From assembly GCA_050954595.1 (NCBI GenBank), contig JBPBQE010000214.1, forward strand, positions 768 through 64,767: 64,000 nucleotides of DNA. Reading direction: 5' to 3'. Position numbers and translations under genes: made by a program. This document shows, in pieces, positions 19,214 to 30,163 of this stretch (position 1 is its first letter; every line of letters starts with the position of its first letter). The stretch is from Janthinobacterium lividum. GTDB lineage: Bacteria; Pseudomonadota; Alphaproteobacteria; Acetobacterales; Acetobacteraceae. The notes beneath the pieces are model-generated. The model saw only the letters and a list, made by a program, of their open reading frames with translations, had not been told where the DNA came from and searched no databases.

Positions 19214-20359
19214 CTACTCCGCCAGAGCCCGGCGTGCCGTCGCAGCCAGCCAGCCGGACGCGACGGGAAGGATGTCGTCGTTGTAGTTATAGCCGGGCGT
19301 GTGCAACTCGGCCCCTGTCGTGCGTAAACCGTTGCCGATCCAGGCAAAGGCGCCAGGCCGCTCGCGCAGGAACCAACCGAAATCCTCGCTCGCCATAGTC
19401 GGCGCGAGGTCCCGCCGGATGATCGCGCCGGAGGCCTGTGCCGCGCTGGCCGCTAGATCGGCCTCCGCCGCATGGTTGATGGTCGCCGAGACACCGCGCT
19501 TGATCTGGACCGTGGCTGTGACATCCAGCATGCGCCCGACCCCGTCGGCCACGCGCCTGATGCCCTCCTCGAGCAGGTTGCCGGTCGCGTCGCTGAAGTA
19601 GCGCAGCGTGCCGGCGAGTTGCACGCGGCCGGGAATCTGGTTGGAGGCGATGCCGCCATGCACGGTGCAGATCGACACCACGCCGCTGTCGACCGGGTCT
19701 AGATTGCGGGCCACGAGCGATTGCAGGCCGACGACGATATGCGACGCCGCCAGCACCGGGTCGCGGGTCTGATGCGGGATGGCCGCATGCCCTGGCTGAC
19801 CATCGACGTCGATGTAGATGCGCCCGCCGGCAGCCATAACGGAGCCACCATGGACCATGACGGTGCCGGCCTCGAGACCGGGCCAGTTGTGATAGCCGAA
19901 GATGCGATCTATCGGAAAACGTTGGAATAAGCCGTCGTTTATCATCGACAGCGCGCCGCCGTAGCCTTCCTCGGCCGGCTGAAAGACGAAGCGCACGGTG
20001 CCGGACCAGTCATCCGACCGCCGCAACAGCGCCGCCGCGCCGAGTAGGCTCGCCGTGTGGCCGTCATGCCCGCACGCATGCATCACTCCGTCGGTGGCCG
20101 AGGCATAATCCAGCCCGGTGGCTTCTACGATCGGCAGCGCGTCCATGTCGGCGCGCAGGCCGACGCTGCGATCGGAGGTGCCGCGGGAAAGCGTCGCAAC
20201 GACGCCGTTGCCGCCGACACCGGCCTCAAACGGAATATCCAACTCCCGCAACCGGTCGCACACGAATGCCGCTGTTTGCTGCTCGTGAAGCGACAACTCC
20301 GGATGCTGGTGGAGATGCCGCCGCCATGCCGTCACCCGGCTCAGCAACTCGCTATCCAT
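19214..20359 (-). CDS. M20D-family amidohydrolase (hippurate hydrolase / N-acyl-amino-acid amidohydrolase type)
   Basis: 381 aa. Motifs WRRHLHQHPELS and MHACGHDGH. GGAGGA Shine-Dalgarno upstream of the ATG. Confidence 0.85.
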   Translation of the reverse strand: MDSELLSRVTAWRRHLHQHPELSLHEQQTAAFVCDRLRELDIPFEAGVGGNGVVATLSRGTSDRSVGLRADMDALPIVEATGLDYASATDGVMHACGHDGHTASLLGAAALLRRSDDWSGTVRFVFQPAEEGYGGALSMINDGLFQRFPIDRIFGYHNWPGLEAGTVMVHGGSVMAAGGRIYIDVDGQPGHAAIPHQTRDPVLAASHIVVGLQSLVARNLDPVDSGVVSICTVHGGIASNQIPGRVQLAGTLRYFSDATGNLLEEGIRRVADGVGRMLDVTATVQIKRGVSATINHAAEADLAASAAQASGAIIRRDLAPTMASEDFGWFLRERPGAFAWIGNGLRTTGAELHTPGYNYNDDILPVASGWLAATARRALAE

Positions 20360-20417
20360 ATCAATGTCCTCCAGCCCTCGATTTGCAGCCGGACGCCGTT
20401 TTCCGCAAGGCCGGGCG

Positions 20418-21455
20418 CTACAGTGCGGGAGAGTCAGTCCGTTCGCGGCGCAGCTTCATGCCGATCAGGTAGCGGGTTCCATCCGTGTCGTCCGTGTCCA
20501 GCGTGGCACCGAGTTGACGGGCGAAGCCGCGGATCAACTGGATACCGATGCCATCCCGTGTGCCCGACTCCGTCTCGACCCGGCCGGCGGGGATGCCGAT
20601 GCCGTTGTCCCGGATATCCAGCACGACGTCTTCATCCATGCAGGTCAGCTTGATGGAAATCGTGCCGCGGCGTTCGTTGGGAAAGCCATATTTGACGGCA
20701 TTGGTCACCGCTTCGGTGACGATGAGGCTGAGTGGCACCGCCTGATCGCTCGTCATCTGCAGTTCGGGCGCCTCGATGTCGAGGGTGATACGTTCATCGA
20801 TCGATTGGCCCATGGCCTGCAACAACGGGCCGCAGAGATCAGTCAGAAAGACCCGCATGTTGATGGTGTTGATCTCGCCATGGGCATAAAGATGGCGATG
20901 CACGGTTGCCAATGCCCTCACGCGGTCCCGTGCCGACTGGAACTCTGCCTTAGCCTCCGGCAGCCGGATCCGGCTGACCTGCAAATTTAGCAGACTGGCG
21001 ACGACCTGCAGGTTGTTCTTCACCCGATGGTGAATTTCCTGCATCGCCAGCGCTTGTCGCTCGACCGCGCGTTGCCGCTCCGCTTCGCGTCGGTTGAGCG
21101 CGATCGTCGATTTCTTGAACGACAGCGCAACGGAACGGAACTCGTTCGGCAATGCGCCGATCGCCAGCATGTCGAAGCCATTGCCCGAACGCCAGCTATC
21201 GATGCCGGAGCCCAATCGTCGTAACGGCGAGGCCACTAATTTATCCAAGCCGGCGACTGCAATGAATATGCCGAGCATCGTGGCGAAAGCGATGATCGTG
21301 TAGCTCCGTTCAACCGGAGCCCAAAAGCCAAGCAGCACGATCAAGGGCATCGAAGCGACGATAAATACGCCGCCAATCCGGAAGCCTAGAACATCGGTGA
21401 TCTGTGGTCGTTTGAAGACCAACGGTCCGGCCCGGACGGACCGGTGACGCATCAC
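20418..21455 (-). CDS. Membrane-bound HWE/HisKA_2 sensor histidine kinase (PhyK-like)
   Basis: Two N-terminal TM segments, H-box EIHHRVKNNLQVVASLL, and ATPase region DNGIGIP...GIGIQLIRGFARQLG. The start (GTG 21455 or ATG 21452) overlaps the nepR-like stop. Confidence 0.8.
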   Translation of the reverse strand: MMRHRSVRAGPLVFKRPQITDVLGFRIGGVFIVASMPLIVLLGFWAPVERSYTIIAFATMLGIFIAVAGLDKLVASPLRRLGSGIDSWRSGNGFDMLAIGALPNEFRSVALSFKKSTIALNRREAERQRAVERQALAMQEIHHRVKNNLQVVASLLNLQVSRIRLPEAKAEFQSARDRVRALATVHRHLYAHGEINTINMRVFLTDLCGPLLQAMGQSIDERITLDIEAPELQMTSDQAVPLSLIVTEAVTNAVKYGFPNERRGTISIKLTCMDEDVVLDIRDNGIGIPAGRVETESGTRDGIGIQLIRGFARQLGATLDTDDTDGTRYLIGMKLRRERTDSPAL

Positions 21456-21589
21456 TTCTTCTGGTCGGTTTGCAGTATCTTCAGCAACTCGGCTGGAATG
21501 GGCTCATTCATCACGTCGTCGAAGATCTGATGAAGTCCGCGGTTCAACCAATTGTCGAACGCGGTATCGGTAGCGCGGGATTGATCCAT
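21452..21589 (-). CDS. nepR: NepR-like anti-sigma factor (45 aa)
   Basis: MDQSRATDTAFDNWLNRGLHQIFDDVMNEPIPAELLKILQTDQKK. The core xLxxxYDDVxxEPIPxxLLxLL pattern is typical of NepR. AGGAGA lies 7 nt upstream of ATG 21589. The longer 62-aa ORF start at 21640 has no Shine-Dalgarno. Confidence 0.6.
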   Translation of the reverse strand: MDQSRATDTAFDNWLNRGLHQIFDDVMNEPIPAELLKILQTDQKK

Positions 21590-21655
21590 AGGTTTCTCTC
21601 CTGCTGATCCTTTCGAATTGGTCATTCTGAAATTCTTCATGGAGAGACGTCCATC

Positions 21656-21687
21656 AAAAGGCCGGGAGCCTGAGCCCCCGACCTTTT
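21656..21687 (-). terminator. Hairpin between the second sigma gene and nepR, flanked by A4 and T4
   Basis: On the minus strand: AAAA-GGUCGGGGG-cucagg-CUCCCGGCC-UUUU (9-bp stem including two G-U pairs). It starts 10 nt after the sigma gene's stop. Confidence 0.4.
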
Positions 21688-21697
21688 CTAGCGAGGC

Positions 21698-22255
21698 TTA
21701 GATCGGCCGAGTGGCCTGTACGGTTCCCTGGTGGGCTAGAAGCGCAGTGCGCGGCCCTTTGCCACGCTCCTTTTCTTCACCCATCAGCCAAGACTCGAGC
21801 TGACGACGGGCGCGGAACACGCGGCTCTTGGCAGTGCCGACCGCACAACCCGTGGCTTCGGCCAGATCTTCGTAGCTCATGCCATGAATGACGACCATGA
21901 CCAGCGCCTCGCGCTGATCGGCCGGCAGGCGATCCATGGCCACACCGAGTTCTTTGAGGGCCAAGCGATCCTCGTGCGGCGCCTCGGTAGCGAACATGCT
22001 TGCGGGCACATCGTCGATGTCCGTCGTGTCCCGGCGCTTGCGCAGGTTGGAGATGAAGCGGTTGCGCAGAATGCGGTGCATCCAAGCGGCGAAATTGGTG
22101 CCCGGAATGAAGCTGGTGCTCGCGGAAAGGGCATTACAAACCGCGTCTTGAACAAGATCTTCCGCCGATGCCCGGTTCCGTGTCAGCGCAAGCGCCTGAA
22201 CGCGGAGTTTGGGCAGAATGGCGATGACCTGCTCGTTAAATGCTTGGGTCGACAT
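21698..22255 (-). CDS. ecfG: ECF sigma factor, EcfG-like paralogue b (185 aa)
   Basis: Region 2 DLVQDAVCNAL...NFAAWMHRILRNRFISNLRKRR and region 4 REALVMVVIHGMSYEDLAEATGCAVGTAKSRVFRAR. GAAGGA lies 6 nt upstream of ATG 22255. The upstream part of ORF 21698-22429 is discounted. Confidence 0.75.
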   Translation of the reverse strand: MSTQAFNEQVIAILPKLRVQALALTRNRASAEDLVQDAVCNALSASTSFIPGTNFAAWMHRILRNRFISNLRKRRDTTDIDDVPASMFATEAPHEDRLALKELGVAMDRLPADQREALVMVVIHGMSYEDLAEATGCAVGTAKSRVFRARRQLESWLMGEEKERGKGPRTALLAHQGTVQATRPI

Positions 22256-22382
22256 CGTGTGTCCTTCTGGCCTTATACCCAACCAATGACTGAGCCCGGC
22301 CGAGCGTTGCCTGCCGATTGTCACTAAAGCGTGAGGACACCTGCACCCCTGAGTTATGCGATTGCTCGCCCGAACTCGACGG

Positions 22383-22949
22383 TTAGGTATCGCCACCAGT
22401 ATGGATGTTCTCGGTTTCCCCTTCGGCACGGCGCATCGCAGCGGCCAGCGCGGTTCGTCCGCGCGACACGCGCGCCTTGATCGTGCCGACCGGTACGCCG
22501 CAGACCAGCGCGGCCTCGTCGTAGGTCATCTCCTGCGCCCCGACCAGGATCAGCGCCTCGCGCAGCAACGGCGGCAGCGTCCAGATCAGACTTTGCAACT
22601 CGCGCATCGCCGCCCTGCCCTCCACCGCCGGACGCTCGGACTCGTCGGCCGGACGCTGCTCCTGCATCACGATCGTCTCGCGTTTGCGGCGCCGGGCTCC
22701 CTCGTAGAACGTGTTGCGCACGATGGTGAACAACCAGGCCTTCAGGTTGGTTCCGGCCTGGAACTGCTCCAGCGCGCTCAGCGCCCGCACCAGGGCGTCT
22801 TGCACCAGATCGTCCGCCATGACCCGGTCTCGCACCAGGAATCGGGCGAATCCACGCAGGTCCGGCAGCAATCCGATGATCGCGGCCCGCAGTTTCGCCT
22901 GCGGCGCATCGCTCGGCGCATCTTCCTCGATAAACAAGCTATCGTTCAT
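22383..22949 (-). CDS. ecfG: ECF sigma factor, EcfG-like paralogue a (188 aa), back-to-back with phyR
   Basis: Region 2 DDLVQDALVRAL...NLKAWLFTIVRNTFYEGARRRKR and region 4 REALILVGAQEMTYDEAALVCGVPVGTIKARVSRGR. Start taken at ATG 22949 (MNDSLFIEED). Confidence 0.75.
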   Translation of the reverse strand: MNDSLFIEEDAPSDAPQAKLRAAIIGLLPDLRGFARFLVRDRVMADDLVQDALVRALSALEQFQAGTNLKAWLFTIVRNTFYEGARRRKRETIVMQEQRPADESERPAVEGRAAMRELQSLIWTLPPLLREALILVGAQEMTYDEAALVCGVPVGTIKARVSRGRTALAAAMRRAEGETENIHTGGDT

Positions 22950-22963
22950 AAAAGGGACATTCC

Positions 22964-23710
22964 ATGACCAGCTTGCGTCGCGAGGATCTCGTCCGCGCAC
23001 TTCCGTATGCGCGCCGCTATGCACGGGCCCTGACCGGAAGCCAACCCCGGGGGGATAGCCTGGTCGCCGAGAGCCTGCGGGAGATGATGGAGGACGGCGA
23101 ACAGGACGCAACTGCACAATTCGCGCTCTATCGTTCCGTCACCAAGCGTTTCGCGCGCTCGGCTGCCGCGACCAGCCCGTTCGCCATCGGCCGTCTCTCG
23201 GCGACGCAGCGCCAGCTCCTGCTCCTGACCTCGCTCGAGGAACTGCCGATCGCCTCGGCCGCCGCCGTGCTGGGCATGGCCGAATCCGAAGCGGAGGCCC
23301 AACTTCTCGACGCCCGCGACCATCTGCGGGCGGGTGCTGCGACCGACGTGCTCATCATCGAGGACGAGCCGATCATCGCGATGGACATCGAGGAGTTGGT
23401 GCTGAGCTGCGGTCACAATGTCGTCGGTGTCGCCGCGACCGAGGCTGAGGCTGTTGAGATCGCCGAGCGCACCCGACCCGGCCTCATCTTAGCCGACATC
23501 AATCTTGGCATCGGCGGCGACGGCACCACCGCGGTCAGCCGGATTATGCGTCACCATTACGCGCCCGTGATCTTCGTGACCGCGTACCCGGAACGTCTGC
23601 TGACCGGCGAAGCCCTCGAACCAGCCTTTGTCATCACCAAACCGTTTGAGCCTATGACCCTGGCCATCGCCACCTATCAGGCGGTAACCGGAGGCGTGCA
23701 GCTCGACTGA
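22964..23710 (+). CDS. phyR: Anti-anti-sigma response regulator PhyR (sigma-like N-domain plus receiver)
   Basis: 248 aa. N-terminus LPYARRYARALTGSQ is a PhyR hallmark, followed by a degenerate sigma region 4 and a C-terminal receiver VLIIEDEPIIAMD...LILADINLG...VIFVTAYPE. Confidence 0.9.
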   Translation: MTSLRREDLVRALPYARRYARALTGSQPRGDSLVAESLREMMEDGEQDATAQFALYRSVTKRFARSAAATSPFAIGRLSATQRQLLLLTSLEELPIASAAAVLGMAESEAEAQLLDARDHLRAGAATDVLIIEDEPIIAMDIEELVLSCGHNVVGVAATEAEAVEIAERTRPGLILADINLGIGGDGTTAVSRIMRHHYAPVIFVTAYPERLLTGEALEPAFVITKPFEPMTLAIATYQAVTGGVQLD

Positions 23711-23786
23711 ACGCATGTGCAGCATCGTCGGTAGCCACCGAGATGTATCTGCCCCATTCTAGCCATGGACGACCGGGGACCACGTA

Positions 23787-26700
23787 TTGCCAACAACGAA
23801 TTCCAACCCGGCTCAACTCGGGCCGCGGTCACCACGCATCCTGCGGATCACACCATCCGCAGCGACCACCGACTGGGCACCCATCCTCGAGCAAGCCGCG
23901 TCGAACGGGTTCGACACCGTGCTATGCCACGGCACCGCCCCTGAGGGCTTCATCGCGGCGGCAGGGCAGGCCAAGCTCGCCGTCTTGGTCGACATCCATG
24001 TGACGATGGGCCTGGCCGACGCACCGGCCGGCCTGTTCCGGGCGCTACCGGCACCGTCGCTGGACCCGCGGCGTCCGATGCAATTATCGGATGTGCGCCG
24101 GGCCGTGCTGACCGACGAGGCTTCCGCGACCGGCCTTGGAACGTATTGGGCGACGCAGTTGGCTCGCTCCGGCAAGATCGGCGGCGTCCGGCTGCTCGGC
24201 TTACGCGACATGCCGGCCTCGCTGCTACCGGCCTTCGCTGCCGCTCTGCGTGAGGCAGCACCGGGGCTAACCCTGTTCGGATGGACACCGGGCTTGTCCT
24301 GGGACGCTCTCGGCCAGCTCGCGCCCGGCACGTTCGACTATGTCGGCTTGTCACTGCCGTGGTGGGATGGCCGGTCCGAATGGATCTGGCGCGAGTTGGA
24401 TATCCTGCGACGCATCGGCACCGTCATCGCCGATGCCGGCGAAACGGCGCCGTTGGCCCGCCGCCGCCTCGCCGCGATCATGGCCGATGGCTGGATGAGT
24501 GACGATCGGGCTGCCGCCGACCTGGCGGCAATGCGGGCAGGTGCGGCGCCGGGCTGTCCCTATGCGCGATTGCTGTCGACCCCCGGTGAACCCACCGTGA
24601 CGTTGCACCTGACCGATCAGCCGGACCCGCGGCGGGCAAACCGCACCGGCCTCGCGATCGTCAACATGTCGGACCGCATCGTGACCGTGCCGGCAGCCAA
24701 CATCCTGACCCGGCTCGGTGGCGACTTCACCCCGTTCAGCGGCCCCAACGGCAGCTTCACGCCGACCACCGTCCTCGAGTTGGCTCCGGGTGAGGCGGCT
24801 ACCTTCGCCGCCACCGCCATTGCGCTGCCACCCGCGCGCCCGATTGCCAAAGCCAGTGCCACGGAAGGCATGAAAGTCACGCGCATCGCCATCGAGGCGC
24901 CGAGCCCGGCCGTAGATGGCGGCCGCTTCCCCGCCCGGCGCACCGTCGGCTCGCTCGTCACGGTCACCTGCGACATCATCTGCGACGGCCATGACCGGCT
25001 GGCAGCATCGTTGAAATACCGTGGCCCCGGCGAGACCGCCTGGACCGAAGTGCCGATGCGCCTCGTGCTCAACGATTGCTGGGCCGCCGATCTGCCGCTG
25101 CATCGGCTGGGCCTGACGCACTACACCATCGAGGCCTGGAAGGACGTCTGGGCCTATTACGTCTACGAACTCAGCGCCAAGCACCGGGTCGGCATCGACA
25201 CGTCGCTCGAGATCAAGGAAGGCATCGCCCTTGTCGAGGCAGCGATCGCCGGCACCAAAAGCCGCAAGCTGGCGACCGCGCTGCGAGCCACGCTGAAGAA
25301 CCGCAAGACCGACGACACCATGCGTGCCGCCCTGCTCGACCCGGAAACCGCCGCCCTGATGGCGGCGGCCGACGCACGGCCGTTCCGCGTCGAGTTGGAG
25401 CAGCCGATCCCGATCCAGGCGGAGCGCACCGCGGCGGGCTTCGCGAGCTGGTACGAGGTCTTCCCCCGTTCCATGAGCGATGACGTTACGCGTCATGGCA
25501 CCTTCCGCGACGTCGTTCGGCACCTGCCGCGCGTGAAGCGGATGGGCTTCGACGTGCTGTATTTCCCGCCCATCCATCCAATTGGCACCAAGAACCGCAA
25601 GGGACCGAACAACACGCTGACGCCGGGCCCCGAGGACGTCGGCAGCCCGTATGCGATCGGGTCCGCCGAGGGTGGTCATACCGAAACGCATCCGGAACTC
25701 GGCAGCATCGAGGACTTCGCCCATCTGCGGATGGAAGCCGCCAAGCAGGGCATCGAACTCGCGCTGGATTTCGCCGTACAATGCTCGCCCGACCACCCCT
25801 GGCTCGCGCAGCATCCGGATTGGTTTAACTGGCGCCCCGACGGCTCGATCCGCTACGCCGAGAACCCGCCCAAGAAATACGAAGACATCGTCAACGTCGA
25901 TTTCTACACGCCGGGCGCCATGCCCGGGCTGTGGATCGAGCTATGCGAGGCGGTGCTGTTCTGGGCGCGTCAGGGCGTCCGCCTGTTCCGCGTCGACAAT
26001 CCCCACACCAAGGCGTTCCCGTTCTGGGAATGGATGATCGCTGAGGTGCAACAGCGCTTCCCCGATACCGTGTTCCTGGCCGAAGCCTTCACCCGGCCGA
26101 AGGTGATGTATCGCCTGGCCAAGATTGGCTTCTCGCAATCCTACACCTACTTCACCTGGCGCAATGCCAAGTGGGAATTCCAGCAATATTTGACCGAATT
26201 GGTCGACGGCCCGGCGGCCGAGTTCTTCCGCCCGCATTTCTTCGTCAACACGCCTGATATCAACCCGTTGATGCTGCACACGTCCGGTCGGCCCGGCTAC
26301 CTCATCCGCGCCGCCCTGGCCGCAACATTGTCCGGTCTATGGGGCGTCTATAGCGGCTTCGAGCTTTGCGAAGGCACGCCGCTGGTCGAGGGCAAGGAAG
26401 AGTATCTCGACAGCGAGAAATACGTCATTCGCGCCTGGGATTGGGATCGACCCGACAACATCATGGCCGAGATCGCGCAGCTCAACGCCCTGCGGCAAGC
26501 TAACCCGGCCCTGCAGACGCATCTGGGCATTACCTTCCTGACATGCCCGAACGACCAGATCCTGTTGTTCGAGAAAGCGACGCCTGATCGCAGCAACGTC
26601 ATCCTGGTCGCCATCAATCTCGACTATCGCAACACCCAATCCGGCCAGATCGAACTTCCGTTCTGGCGCTACACGCCCGAGCCGACCGCACTCGACGTCA

Positions 26701-26803
26701 CCGACCTGCTCGGTGGCACGGAGGAGCGGTCGACCGAGCGAACCCGGTTCGTCAGCCTTTCTTTGGACCGTCCCTATGGCATCTGGCGCTTGAGTCCCTC
26801 CGC

Positions 26804-26807
<4 letters not shown>
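23787..26807 (+). CDS. glgE: Alpha-1,4-glucan:maltose-1-phosphate maltosyltransferase GlgE with a 361-aa N-terminal extension
   Basis: The canonical GlgE begins near residue 362 (MKVTRIAIEAPSPAVDGGRFP). GH13_3 core FDVLYFPPIHPIGTKNRKGPNN, FRVDNPHTK, FLAEAFT. TTG start at 23787. The first in-frame ATG is far downstream, so the start is uncertain. Confidence 0.88.

Positions 26808-30159
<3,352 letters not shown>

Positions 30160-30163
<4 letters not shown>

Noticed and set aside
21590-21640. Longer 62-aa version of the nepR-like ORF (MKNFRMTNSKGSAGEKP...)
   Set aside because: There is no Shine-Dalgarno before ATG 21640 or 21625, whereas AGGAGA-N7 precedes ATG 21589. The extra residues are not part of the NepR core. 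The shorter call remains tentative.
23776-23800. Possible EcfG-type promoter GGGAC-N16-CGAA upstream of glgE
   Set aside because: It has two mismatches to GGAAC-N16-17-CGTT and overlaps the putative TTG start at 23787. I found no canonical motif by eye in 23711-23786, 22256-22382, 21590-21697 or around 22700-23200. A weight-matrix scan is still needed.
23743-24003. 86-aa ORF starting in the phyR-glgE spacer
   Set aside because: It is out of frame with glgE, overlaps its 5' end, is Pro/Arg/Ser-rich, and has no Shine-Dalgarno.
24351-25814. 487-aa ORF antisense to glgE
   Set aside because: It lies inside a well-supported GH13 gene and is compositionally biased (R/G/A), with no domain signature.
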